From the IMG/VR virus record IMGVR_UViG_647533160_000003: 64,000 nucleotides of DNA. The stretch is one strand, 5' to 3'. This stretch comes from a virus. Taxonomy: Duplodnaviria; Heunggongvirae; Uroviricota; Caudoviricetes. Below are positions 1 through 10,223 of the stretch, in pieces. A program made the position numbers and the translations under genes. Every line of letters starts with the position of its first letter. The stretch's first letter is position 1. Below the pieces are notes generated by a model. That model had not been told where the DNA came from and did no database searches. It saw only the letters and a list, made by a program, of their open reading frames with translations.

Positions 1-361
1 CATCATGAGTTGCACAATAAGTGGTTGCGTGATTAAGCCTCAATCCTCTGGTGTGCTTTTCTGCGATGCGGCTACACCGCTATACATCAGCCGTGATGAT
101 CTCATGACCGAAGAGACTGAAAGGGAAGTACTTTTTCACAATATGATAGGGGAGCGATTGTGTGGATGGGGCAGAAAAGTGCCATAATAAAAGCGGAATT
201 TTCTAACATAAAATTTGCATATTATTAGAGCACAAGGTAGATTTGAAGCATGGATGTCAAGTAAATCATACCTTGTTTTAATAAATCGACGCATACTCGT
301 AGCCTCTAAACCGACAAGGTCGCCGCTATGACATAAAGTTATTACCGGCTAAGGTGGAAAC

Positions 362-760
362 ATGCATACTGCACTTAACGCATCTCGTTCTATTCAGACG
401 ATAAGAGACTGTACCAAGATGATCGCATCGGTTCCGTTGCGGCATTGGAATGACTCGCTCCAAATTCGTGAAATGAACAAACCGGGTATGCTTAAGGATC
501 AGCGTTTCATCGTTAACCTTAAAAGTGACGTTGAAGAAGGCAAGTTTACCATCAAATTGTTTGCAGAAATGATGGTGCTCAACAATCGGTTACGTTTTCT
601 TGTTAAGCCAGAAAAACAGTTTCCCGATGTTGTGCGTTGTGAACAGGATGCTTTCTATGAGATTGAAAGCAAAATAGCTAAATTTATCAAAGATAAATAC
701 CGCGTAGATGTTAAAATAGCGAAACTGGATTCATCTACGGATATGCGGCTTGCGAACTAA
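362..760 (+). CDS. hypothetical protein
   Basis: 132-aa ORF; stop abuts ATG of next ORF (758-763); no recognisable motif. Confidence 0.45.
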   Translation: MHTALNASRSIQTIRDCTKMIASVPLRHWNDSLQIREMNKPGMLKDQRFIVNLKSDVEEGKFTIKLFAEMMVLNNRLRFLVKPEKQFPDVVRCEQDAFYEIESKIAKFIKDKYRVDVKIAKLDSSTDMRLAN

Positions 761-1537
761 ATGTCACCATCATTCATAGCAGAGTATTCAAAAGTTCTGT
801 CTGATTTCCCTGAATGTGAAGCAAGAGAGAAAATCAGAGTTGGCTACATGGTTAACTCTGATTTTTCTGTTTTACGGCTCACAGAATGGTCCTTGACGGG
901 ATCTAATTATGATTACTGTTTGACAGTATCATTTGTAGGCGACCCTGATGCAGATTGGCTTCAAGAACATGCAATGGATCTTGACGAGCAGGGGTATTCA
1001 GAAGCAGAGATAGTTCATAGTGTTCGTGAGTTAGTTGGTGATGAACAAGAAGATGATGACGGCATTCAGATTGCCAGGTTCGTCTACAAACGTTTCCAGT
1101 TTCGCTCACAAAAAGGCTCTCACCTTGGTGTCCAGATCAAAGGGGCATTTGTAACCCCTTCAAAGGAACAAAAGGGACTTGCTAGAAGAGTTTACAATTT
1201 CCTTCTCAATTGGCATGACCATGTGGTATGTGATGACCATCAGACGGTTTACGGTGCCAGAATTTGGGCGGTCGGTATGCTTCTGGTCGGGCGTGTCCAA
1301 ATCTATGACAATTTAAATAAAGAATTTATAGATGTCCTTGTTGAAGGTGGTATTGGGCAGAATGGCGTCAAACCGTGGGATGCGCTGCTATTGAACAGCG
1401 AGGCTCAGTTACGTCACTGGAACCCTATGGCTGTCAGCATAGACCCATCTAGTCAGATTCTCACCATCATCTCCAAAGAAGACCGCCACATTGAAGTGGG
1501 CGTTACAACATTTGATGCCAGGTCTACCAACCACTAA
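761..1537 (+). CDS. hypothetical protein
   Basis: 258-aa ORF with acidic stretch; followed by intrinsic terminator. Confidence 0.5.
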   Translation: MSPSFIAEYSKVLSDFPECEAREKIRVGYMVNSDFSVLRLTEWSLTGSNYDYCLTVSFVGDPDADWLQEHAMDLDEQGYSEAEIVHSVRELVGDEQEDDDGIQIARFVYKRFQFRSQKGSHLGVQIKGAFVTPSKEQKGLARRVYNFLLNWHDHVVCDDHQTVYGARIWAVGMLLVGRVQIYDNLNKEFIDVLVEGGIGQNGVKPWDALLLNSEAQLRHWNPMAVSIDPSSQILTIISKEDRHIEVGVTTFDARSTNH

Positions 1538-1544
1538 TTCCTAA

Positions 1545-1567
1545 ACCCGCTACGGCGGGTTTTTTGT
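1545..1567 (+). terminator. rho-independent terminator
   Basis: CCCGC-TACG-GCGGG hairpin followed by TTTTTTGTT. Confidence 0.6.
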
Positions 1568-1699
1568 TATTAAGTCCTTACCAAATCTATGTACCTATCA
1601 TTAAACCTTTACACCACAGCCGTAGGCATTTAGGCTATATCACATATAAGAAAACAAGTTGTTTCAGACGATAATTATATACGCAAAGGGAACTCTCCA

Positions 1700-2368
1700 A
1701 TGACCAAGATCTTTGTGGTTGGCGGCACAAAGGGCGGGCCTGGCAAATCCACCGTTGCCCAGCAAATTGCCGTTTGCCTGAAAGTCAAAAAGAAGAAGAA
1801 GGTTTATATCACCGATATAGATATTCAGCGCACGACAACGAGCTGGTGTGAAGACCGTCGACAGAACGAAGACCTTGAGCTGATTCCTTTTGCATACGTT
1901 CAGGATGACATCATTAAGCACCTAAAATCGCTTCAGGGTAGAGCTGAGTATGTAGTGGTAGATGCTGGTGGCTTCGACTCCGAAATTCAGCGACAAGCGA
2001 TGCTGATGGCTGACGTTATCATTATCCCGCTGCGTCCTAAGCGTCGTGATTTGAAATCTTTACGTGACATCGATCCTATTATCGACAATGTTCGCAATGT
2101 AAACGATAAAGTGAAGGTCCGCGCGGTCATGAACCAGTGCCCGGCTTTGCCATCACAAGTGTCTCGCATTCTGGCGGCTAAAGAGATTGTCGAGACGTTT
2201 GGCATCGAGTCTGCGCCTGTCAATCTATATAACCGCAACGTCTACGATGATGCGGAAGAGTCTGGTCGTTCTATCTTTGAAATGACCGGTAGCGAGCGCG
2301 ACAAAAAGGCGGAAGCCGAGTTTGAAGAATTTGTAGATTATCTGTTGAGTCTGGAGGAAGAAGAATAA
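1700..2368 (+). CDS. parA: ParA-family partition ATPase
   Basis: N-terminal deviant Walker A KIFVVGGTKGGPGKST; about 220 aa as in small type-Ib ParA; AAAACAAGTTGTTT box upstream. Confidence 0.85.
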   Translation: MTKIFVVGGTKGGPGKSTVAQQIAVCLKVKKKKKVYITDIDIQRTTTSWCEDRRQNEDLELIPFAYVQDDIIKHLKSLQGRAEYVVVDAGGFDSEIQRQAMLMADVIIIPLRPKRRDLKSLRDIDPIIDNVRNVNDKVKVRAVMNQCPALPSQVSRILAAKEIVETFGIESAPVNLYNRNVYDDAEESGRSIFEMTGSERDKKAEAEFEEFVDYLLSLEEEE

Positions 2369-2727
2369 TGTCCATGAAAATGGGTGACCTAGCAAAGCGC
2401 AAAGAGCCTGATGCACCGGCTAAGAACACAACTCCTTTGCGCCAACCAGTCAGACCACAGGGACGCCCGACTCGTGGCAAAGAGAAAATTAAAAGCCGCA
2501 CAATGTCACTGGAAGACGAATACTTCGAACTGCTGGAGATGATGAAGTTCATCCCTCGCTTCGAGAAATTCACCCGCTCTGATGTGATTCGTGCTGCTAT
2601 TTTCCATCTGGCAGAGAAGTCGCCGCAGGAAATCGAGGATATCGTGAAACTTAACGAGGCGATCACTGCTGCCGACGTCACGATGCGTACCGATGAAATC
2701 AAACGCGAGTTGATGAAGAAAGGTTAA
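2368..2727 (+). CDS. small partition partner protein (ParB/ParG-like), putative
   Basis: 119-aa ORF translationally coupled to parA by TAATG overlap; basic N-terminus; size fits type-Ib centromere-binding partners. Confidence 0.5.
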   Translation: MSMKMGDLAKRKEPDAPAKNTTPLRQPVRPQGRPTRGKEKIKSRTMSLEDEYFELLEMMKFIPRFEKFTRSDVIRAAIFHLAEKSPQEIEDIVKLNEAITAADVTMRTDEIKRELMKKG

Positions 2728-2732
2728 TTTTA

Positions 2733-3323
2733 TTGAGGTGCTGCTTGGCACCTCTTTCTATAGGTTCCCTAATGCTCTACAAATATATTGGAAGTGAAGA
2801 TTCGCAAAAAGTGTTACGTAACCTCAAACGGTTTGTAGAGGACGGCACTATCTCTGCTAGCGCACCTTCTTCATTCAACGACCCATCAGAGTTCAAAGTT
2901 TCGATAACGATGGGAGGTACAGAAGTGGAGCGCCGGAAACACTTTGAAGACAATGGATGTAAGGATTTTTCCTTTGAAGACTGGGATGCTGTAGCTCCTG
3001 AAGCTGCAAAATCGTTGGCTGTGGATTTGCGGAAAGAATCATTAGGGGCTTTTGGTGTGGTGTGCTTGTCACCAAACGAAGATAACATCTTGATGTGGTC
3101 ACATTACTCAGTGTCGCATAAAGGTTTCTGCATAGGCTTTGATGATGATTTTGTTACCTCTATTGAGGGGTATCACAGCTTTGATAATGTGAAATATATA
3201 CCTTCTGTTCCCGTGTTCGATGAAGTTACAGATGAGTTTAAGGTACTTTTTGATAAGCTCTTTTTCTACAAGCACGAATGCTGGAAATATGAGGAAGAAC
3301 AAAGGGTTATTACTAAAAAATAG
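2733..3323 (+). CDS. DUF2971-like protein (tentative), probably frameshifted
   Basis: N-terminal LYKYIGSED...FNDPSEF pattern; coding signal continues in another frame from the A6 run at 3317 to a stop at about 3490. Confidence 0.45.
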   Translation: MRCCLAPLSIGSLMLYKYIGSEDSQKVLRNLKRFVEDGTISASAPSSFNDPSEFKVSITMGGTEVERRKHFEDNGCKDFSFEDWDAVAPEAAKSLAVDLRKESLGAFGVVCLSPNEDNILMWSHYSVSHKGFCIGFDDDFVTSIEGYHSFDNVKYIPSVPVFDEVTDEFKVLFDKLFFYKHECWKYEEEQRVITKK

Positions 3324-3532
3324 GCGCTCAGGCATTTGATAAGAAATATATTAGAGAGATCATTCTTGGGTATAACGTTTCTCCTGAAGTAGAAGAATAT
3401 GCCCGGACACAGCTAGACACGAGCATCGAGGTTTACAAAATGAGTACACCTGATGATGGTTATCTTCTTGTCAAAGAAAAGCTGAAGTAGCTCCAGACTT
3501 TCCTCAAATGATTATGTTGGGCGCTTTTCTTA

Positions 3533-4729
3533 TTGAACTGGTTAGTGAGGCTAATAATGGATTTGTTCTCAACCAAAATAGCAAAAAACAAGCTGCACGA
3601 ATCTTTTAAACAGATTTATCAAGATAATACATATGCTCCAGTAAGAGAAGTGATACAGTCGTGGGGGCGTGGGTTACTGGAGCGTAGCGGTGAGCAGACT
3701 AAATTCGTTAAAGAGTTTCAGACAACCTTCAATTCCGCCTTATGGGAATTGTATCTGAACGAAATGTTTATTCGTCTCGATTATTCTGTCGACTACACAA
3801 AAGACAGTCCCGATTTCTGTGTTACTACACCGTCAGGCTACCAGTTTAACGTCGAAGCTGTGATATCAGATCGGCCACATAATCCACCTGCAGGTGCTCT
3901 TTTTAGCGAATCAAAATTCAAACATCAATCAACGCTAAAATTAATCGGAAAAATCAAAGACAAACATGATCTTTTTACAGGAGTTAATGGCAAAAAATTC
4001 CCGTACTCTACGATGTCTCATGTAGTTAATAAGCCGTTTGTTCTGGCGCTTGCACCCTTTGACTCCGATTTATCATTGTCTCAAAATAACACAATCATCA
4101 ATCGAGTGTTGTTTGGCATTGAGGAACCTACCACCAGAAATTTGGTGACTGGCAGCCAAACTAAAGTTACCTCAATCAAAAAGAATGAAGACGTTGAAAT
4201 TCCATTAGGTATATTTACTAACGACTCATATAAAGAAATAAGTGCGGTTATTTTCTCCACCACCGGCACTTTTGGAAAAGCCGTGGTTCAAAGCGGTATC
4301 GGTAGATATGTAAGGTCAACACGATATCGAGCCATTGATGTGAATGATTTCATCGCCAATGAAGGGATGAAAAACGAGGGAAAGCACACACAAAGGATAG
4401 GACCTGATCATTTCATCACTACATATCGGCATTTTTTAAATAACGAAGTCACTGGTGCGGATATTGTAGTTTGCCATTCCACTGCTCATGAAGAGACGCA
4501 CTTTGACGGCCTTCATATTTACTACAATCCTTTTGCGACAGTGCCACTGGACAGAAATATTTTCTTCCCCCCAGAGATAACTCATAATTTTTACGATATG
4601 GAAAAAGAACAGTCTGTTCAGAATCATCCTGATGGAGCGCTGGTATCTAGACAGGTTTTTGAACCAACTAGAGCACATTTTAGGTATATCATGAAACATT
4701 GGTTTCCAGGCTTTCTAAAAGATGTTTAA
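3533..4729 (+). CDS. hypothetical protein (accessory, lower GC)
   Basis: 398-aa ORF; no confident motif; likely start at Met 3557. Confidence 0.5.
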   Translation: MNWLVRLIMDLFSTKIAKNKLHESFKQIYQDNTYAPVREVIQSWGRGLLERSGEQTKFVKEFQTTFNSALWELYLNEMFIRLDYSVDYTKDSPDFCVTTPSGYQFNVEAVISDRPHNPPAGALFSESKFKHQSTLKLIGKIKDKHDLFTGVNGKKFPYSTMSHVVNKPFVLALAPFDSDLSLSQNNTIINRVLFGIEEPTTRNLVTGSQTKVTSIKKNEDVEIPLGIFTNDSYKEISAVIFSTTGTFGKAVVQSGIGRYVRSTRYRAIDVNDFIANEGMKNEGKHTQRIGPDHFITTYRHFLNNEVTGADIVVCHSTAHEETHFDGLHIYYNPFATVPLDRNIFFPPEITHNFYDMEKEQSVQNHPDGALVSRQVFEPTRAHFRYIMKHWFPGFLKDV

Positions 4730-4917
4730 GCATCCTGCTGGTTGAATTTGGAACCTGCTTCTGTATATAAATACTAAGTTACTTATTATTATTTATACGG
4801 AAGCAGGTCTTTTTCTATGCCAACTTCCCAGACACATTCCCTTCCGTTTCCACTTCCAAAAACTGCCACCAGTCGCTATCATCCGCTCATTGCAATAAGT
4901 AAGTAACTACCTATCAG

Positions 4918-5667
4918 GTGAGCCACATGAGCCAAATCTTTTTTGATACCATTGACAACGACCAGTACGACTTCATGACAGAGTGGAATACCGCTGTTAT
5001 GGACAAGTGGGTCGCTGAAAACATTGGTTTGTCGCGCTGCAAAGACGAGGCTGAACTCTTCGAGACGAAGTGGTTTGATTACCGCGATATGCATCCTCTC
5101 ATGGCCACCTGTCTGTTTACGGAGGCGTACAAACGTCAGTACTCAAATATCATGCTGACGCACGGTCGCGAACACTTTGAAACAGCTCCGTTCACCACCG
5201 GGTTAAAACGCCTGCCTTATCAGGAGTTGTCGACTGCCAATAAAACGTCGCTATGGAAAGCACGCCAGTTTGCTGATCGCTATTGCTGTTCATACGACTA
5301 CTTTATCTCCACGGTTCTTTCCGCAGCTGCACGGCGTCTGTGGGACAAGTTGCCGCGCCCACAGCATTTATGGCAGCCAGAACTGATTGAGATATTCGAA
5401 GAGAAATTATCCAGACGCGCAACAACCCGTCTGGATGACTCTCTGGTTAGCTTTAAGCATATGGGAGACATGCAGTTCAACCCGATTCAGGAAAGCTATT
5501 TTGAGTGGATTCTGGAGCGTTTGCGCATCATCCCCCGCAGCAAGCGCATACGCGCAATTTTCTCTGCTATCTGGCTAATGGAAATCGTTCCAGAGCGCCT
5601 TATTTCCGCCCACTTTCCAGAAGAACTGGAAGAAGCACGGCGGTTTATTGATCCCCTATCTAATTAA
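4918..5667 (+). CDS. hypothetical protein
   Basis: 249-aa ORF immediately upstream of helicase gene. Confidence 0.5.
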   Translation: MSHMSQIFFDTIDNDQYDFMTEWNTAVMDKWVAENIGLSRCKDEAELFETKWFDYRDMHPLMATCLFTEAYKRQYSNIMLTHGREHFETAPFTTGLKRLPYQELSTANKTSLWKARQFADRYCCSYDYFISTVLSAAARRLWDKLPRPQHLWQPELIEIFEEKLSRRATTRLDDSLVSFKHMGDMQFNPIQESYFEWILERLRIIPRSKRIRAIFSAIWLMEIVPERLISAHFPEELEEARRFIDPLSN

Positions 5668-5710
5668 CTAATACTAGAAAACAATTTGTTTAAAAAACAA
5701 AGGAAAGCAC

Positions 5711-7051
5711 ATGACCGAACTTTGCCATACAGGACGCGGGCTGTCCGAAGAGTTTGATGAAGATTTCCAGAACAGACTGACGGCATATTTTTGTCGTGAT
5801 CACGAGTTTCTTACTCGTGCGGGAGATCTGGTTGTGCCTAGCCAATTTGCCAATGCGGCCAATGCCATATTGGTTAATATGGTTTCGGGCTATTACCGTA
5901 TGTACAAGAGCGCGCCTTCTTCATCTGCGATTCTGGATATGCTTAAGCGCGCGAAACGCGATAAGACCATCCGTGAGGAACTCTTCCCGGATGTTGTTGC
6001 TGCGTTTAAGCGCATCCTTGCAGAAAAATTGTCTGATACCTCGTACATGGTTGACCAGGTATCCACATTCGCAAAAAGTGTAGCGTTTGATGATGCTCTG
6101 ATTAAAGCTGCTGAACTGAAAGAGAAGGGCGACTTTCAGGGGGCGATGGCAATCATGGCCAAGGTTCAGCAGATAGGCTCGAACGAAGCGACCGGAATCT
6201 ATGACTACTACACCTCCGCAAGTGAGCGATTGAAAGCGCGTGAATATGAGGCTTCAGAGGAGTATGTGCCAAACAGCATTACAACTGGACTCCCTCTGCT
6301 CGATAGGTTGCTGTACCAAAAAGGCTGGGCGAAGCGTGAAATGGTGCTCTTCATGGGGTTCGCTAAATCCGGCAAATCGACCGCAATGGGTGAGTTTTCC
6401 ATAAACGCAACGCTTGCTGGCTACAATGTTCTGTATCTCTCGCTGGAGGTTCACACCACCATTTTATCCGACCGTTTTGATGCAAGATTGTCGGAGACAG
6501 AAATGTCCAAGCTGGTGGAACGGCGCGATGAGGTTCATCGTAAGTTGGCAGAGTTGGGAGCCACGAAGGGGATTGGTAGTTTGTGGGTGGTTGAGCGTCC
6601 GTCAGGAAGTATGTCACCGGCAGATCTGGACCGTATGCTTAACAGCATGAAAGCCAACGGCATGGTGCCTGACATGGTTGTTGTCGACTACGCAGATTTG
6701 ATGCGTGCCAGTTATGACCTTCGTGATGATCGCGCCAACATTCGTAGTATCTACACCGATTTACGTGCTCTTTATGACAAGCATAACGTTGCTGGGATCA
6801 CGGCATCGCAGACAAACCGTGAAGGTGGCGCGTCAGAAGTTGCCACAATGATGCACGCTGCCGACAACATCGAAAAAGTACGTATTGCTGACCTGGTAAT
6901 AACGATCAACAAAACCGAAGAAGAAGAAGCGAAAGGAGAGGCTCGTCTCTACTTTGCTGGTTCACGTAACCAGCAGGGAGGGATCAGCATTCGCGTTAAA
7001 CAAAACCTCGAACAAATGCGCTTCATTGAGCGAATCTTAGACGTTACCTAA
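5711..7051 (+). CDS. DnaB-like replicative DNA helicase
   Basis: Walker A GFAKSGKST and Walker B-like VVVDYADLM in C-terminal RecA-like domain; AAAACAATTTGTTT box upstream. Confidence 0.75.
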   Translation: MTELCHTGRGLSEEFDEDFQNRLTAYFCRDHEFLTRAGDLVVPSQFANAANAILVNMVSGYYRMYKSAPSSSAILDMLKRAKRDKTIREELFPDVVAAFKRILAEKLSDTSYMVDQVSTFAKSVAFDDALIKAAELKEKGDFQGAMAIMAKVQQIGSNEATGIYDYYTSASERLKAREYEASEEYVPNSITTGLPLLDRLLYQKGWAKREMVLFMGFAKSGKSTAMGEFSINATLAGYNVLYLSLEVHTTILSDRFDARLSETEMSKLVERRDEVHRKLAELGATKGIGSLWVVERPSGSMSPADLDRMLNSMKANGMVPDMVVVDYADLMRASYDLRDDRANIRSIYTDLRALYDKHNVAGITASQTNREGGASEVATMMHAADNIEKVRIADLVITINKTEEEEAKGEARLYFAGSRNQQGGISIRVKQNLEQMRFIERILDVT

Positions 7052-7060
7052 AAAATAAGC

Positions 7061-8314
7061 GTGGAGAACGCCTCCACGCTTGATTCATTGGTGAAACAAC
7101 TTTTCTTTTGCCAAACCACAAAAGAAAAACACATGAGCCTTTATGTTATATCAACATTTAGGTTGGTCACAATATTGCCTGTTAAAAGTGGAATTATCGT
7201 GAGCGAGCTGAAAGAGCTAATTACCGAATTAGATTTTGAACAATGGTTGGACACTGAAGGTATCATTTATCGGCGCGGAGGCGTGAGTGCTCGCGGTCGT
7301 GAAGTGAATATCAAGGAGTGTCCGGTATGCGGCAGCTCCAACTGGAAGGTATATTTCAATCTGACCAGTGGTGTGGGTAAATGTTTCGCTGGCGACCATC
7401 CTGAAGAAATACAATTTAATAAGCTGGTGTTCCTCAAGCACTACAGCGGTAAATCACGGCGACAGTTCGAAGAATATGTGCAGAACGCCCTTCTTTCTCA
7501 GGGATGGACACCAAAGAAAGAAGAGATAGTGCTTGCAAGCACAGTCGAGTTAGAGGGACCAGTTGCCCTCCCTCGTCATTACGAACTGCCTATAGATGGC
7601 CGTCTTCCAGACTATCTGGTTGAACGAAACATATCGCCTGAAATGGCAAAGTATTTTGACCTACGATACTGCGTCGAAGGCAAACACGCCTATGTAGATC
7701 CGTATACAGATCAGGTAAAAGGACAGATATTCGATATGCGAATACTCATACCGGTTTACGATCTGGATGGGGTAATGAAGACATTTCAGGGACGAGACAT
7801 TACCGGTACAGCAGAACGTCGCTACCTCTTTCCTATGCAGCTTCCAGCTTCAGGTAAGTTTCTCTACAACGGCCATAATGCAGTCGGCAAACAGACGGTA
7901 GTTGTCTGTGAGGGGGCGTTCGATGTTATGGGGGTCAAACGAGCTATTTTTGACGAAGAAACATTACGTGATTACGTGGAACCAATAGGAACGTTCGGGA
8001 TGCATCTATCTGGCAACACCACTCAGGATGCAGAAGATCAGCTGGGCGCGTTCCTGACGCTCAAGGCGCGTGGATTACGTAATGTGATCATGATGTGGGA
8101 TAGTGAAAAGCAAGCTATACGCAACACTATGGCCGCAGCTAGGCGACTCACAAGTATTGGTCTTAATGTCAAAGTTGCGTGTTTGGGCGAGGAAGGACTC
8201 GACCCCGGCGATGCGACACCGGGGCAGATTATCAAAGCCTACTATTGCGCAAAACCTTATTCACGACAGCTTGAACTCTTAAGCAAGGTGAAAGGCATTG
8301 CAGCACTAGTTTGA
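7061..8314 (+). CDS. DNA primase (zinc-finger plus TOPRIM)
   Basis: CPVCGSS...KCFAGDH zinc ribbon and TOPRIM-like VVVCEGAFDVMG; true start may be internal (7133 or 7200). Confidence 0.75.
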   Translation: MENASTLDSLVKQLFFCQTTKEKHMSLYVISTFRLVTILPVKSGIIVSELKELITELDFEQWLDTEGIIYRRGGVSARGREVNIKECPVCGSSNWKVYFNLTSGVGKCFAGDHPEEIQFNKLVFLKHYSGKSRRQFEEYVQNALLSQGWTPKKEEIVLASTVELEGPVALPRHYELPIDGRLPDYLVERNISPEMAKYFDLRYCVEGKHAYVDPYTDQVKGQIFDMRILIPVYDLDGVMKTFQGRDITGTAERRYLFPMQLPASGKFLYNGHNAVGKQTVVVCEGAFDVMGVKRAIFDEETLRDYVEPIGTFGMHLSGNTTQDAEDQLGAFLTLKARGLRNVIMMWDSEKQAIRNTMAAARRLTSIGLNVKVACLGEEGLDPGDATPGQIIKAYYCAKPYSRQLELLSKVKGIAALV

Positions 8315-9451
8315 ACCAGTATTAGTCACATACACATTGACCGAAAATGATTTAACTTCTGTATTGAAGTTGTCAGTCATTACTGCGAGGTAGGCATTCT
8401 TGGTATCTCTGAATTGCTTCAGGATGATTTGAACGTTGTCGGTGCAAACAAACGAGGTAGCCAGATTGCCTCCTTTCTCTGAAAAATCCTTCAGGAAGGT
8501 GCAGTCAACTTTGCCATCATTAGCGGTGAAGGTAGCATCATCACCCTGCCAGGTAAATGTAGCGTTAACGCCCTTATCAATGGATTTAGCAATAAGTCGC
8601 TGGGTGGCGGATTTTGTTTTGGCTTTGGAAGCCGGCGCTCGATATTTGCCGCTTTCTTTCAGTTCTGCAATGTAATCGCAGCCTCTTTTTTCTCCTTTAT
8701 CGCAAGCAGTCTGATAAAGGTCGGCTGCTTTTTTATAGTCCTTTTTTACACCTTCCCCATTCTCATACATAATGCCAAGATTGGTTATGGCGTCGGCGTT
8801 TCCAAGTTCCGCTGCCTTTTTATACCACTTAACTGCTTCTGCATCATTGCGTTTAACGCCTAACCCATCATCGTATAGTATTCCTAATCCTATCATAGCT
8901 TCTGAACTGCCTTGGTCTGCCGCCTTTTTGTAATAAGTAAAAGCCTTTTTATAATTCTTTTTAACGCCTTTACCATATTGGTAATACGCCCCAAGAACTG
9001 AAGTTGCTTTAACATACCCGGCATCAGAGGCTAGTTTGAAGTATTTAATGGCGAGTGCATGATCTACTTTACCAAGCATCCCCTTTTGATAAATAGCACC
9101 AAGATTGTTGTAGGCTCTACCTTCACGAGCATCCCCCGCAAGTTTGTAGTACTCAACAGCTTTATTTAGGTCTTTATCTACACCCTCGCCAAATGTGTAC
9201 ATAACTCCAAGTGCATAATATGCTACTTTATCTCCCTTTTCTGCAGCTAGATCAATCCACTTCTTGGCCTCAACTACATCCTTATCAAAACCATTGACAC
9301 CATCAAAATAATTTGTACCTAACTCACTTTGTGCTGCGGTATCCCCTGCGGTAGCGGCTTCTATCAGCGTTTGTTTATTGTCTGCGTTAACGAATCCAGA
9401 GTTAAAAAGCAAAGTTAATGCCAGCAACGATGAAGATTTTATGTATTTCAT
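8306..9451 (-). CDS. secreted Sel1-repeat (TPR-like) protein
   Basis: Signal peptide MKYIKSSSLLALTLLFNSGFVNA; tandem Sel1-like repeats (A..Y.LG.MY..G.GV.KD...A..WYKKAA); opposite strand to backbone. Confidence 0.75.
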   Translation of the reverse strand: MKYIKSSSLLALTLLFNSGFVNADNKQTLIEAATAGDTAAQSELGTNYFDGVNGFDKDVVEAKKWIDLAAEKGDKVAYYALGVMYTFGEGVDKDLNKAVEYYKLAGDAREGRAYNNLGAIYQKGMLGKVDHALAIKYFKLASDAGYVKATSVLGAYYQYGKGVKKNYKKAFTYYKKAADQGSSEAMIGLGILYDDGLGVKRNDAEAVKWYKKAAELGNADAITNLGIMYENGEGVKKDYKKAADLYQTACDKGEKRGCDYIAELKESGKYRAPASKAKTKSATQRLIAKSIDKGVNATFTWQGDDATFTANDGKVDCTFLKDFSEKGGNLATSFVCTDNVQIILKQFRDTKNAYLAVMTDNFNTEVKSFSVNVYVTNTGSN

Positions 9452-9684
9452 GTTTTTTTGTTCTGTTGATATAGGATGAACAGTTTAGACGCGGCAAGCG
9501 TCCAGTGTGCGAAAAGGGTACTTAAATTTAGTTAATCTGTCAGCTTTGATAATTTAATTTATGAACTGTAAAGTTGATGTGATATTAATCACCGATGGAA
9601 ATAATGAGCTATGGAATTATTGTGGCACGGCTCGTGTTTTGGTTAACTAATACCTACGATAAATATAAATAAAGGGAAGTCAAA

Positions 9685-10098
9685 ATGAGCAAAAAGAAGT
9701 TGATTTTAACAGGTGCTTTATTGTCTTTGTTTGCATTAGTTGGGTGTAAGCCTACAGACGAGAAGGCTATTACTCTGGGCCAACAGGCAATTGCGGATGA
9801 TATGAAAGATCCCACGTCGGTGATGTTTAGGAAAGATAAGTTTGTCAGGACTGATCATGATGATGGGAGTGTGACAGGCTTTGTGTGTGGTGAATTAAAC
9901 GCCAAAAATGGCTTTGGTGCATACGTGGGCTATCACTCATATGTTGTTGAACTCGAAATGAAGCCAAAGGGCATGTTTTCAAAAGGGGTGGTATACAAAA
10001 TCCTATCGAAGTCGTTGGCACCTAATGATCCTCATGATTTACAGCGTTATAAGCAGGTCTACAGAAAGATGTGCAACAGTGAGGCTGTAGCTCATTAA
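9685..10098 (+). CDS. lipoprotein, function unknown
   Basis: Signal peptide with lipobox LFALVGC; 137 aa. Confidence 0.55.
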   Translation: MSKKKLILTGALLSLFALVGCKPTDEKAITLGQQAIADDMKDPTSVMFRKDKFVRTDHDDGSVTGFVCGELNAKNGFGAYVGYHSYVVELEMKPKGMFSKGVVYKILSKSLAPNDPHDLQRYKQVYRKMCNSEAVAH

Positions 10099-10223
10099 AG
10101 GTGAATGCTGGGCTGCGGATACGCCCGGCATCTTAGTATAAAGAACTATTGCACCTAAAATGATAAGTAGATACATACTTAAGTTTTTGTAAGAATACTT
10201 TCATCCGTTAGCTAGGAGTTGGT

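Noticed and set aside
5-187. 60-aa ORF at the window start
   Set aside because: Short, Cys-rich, no start context I can assess at the window edge.
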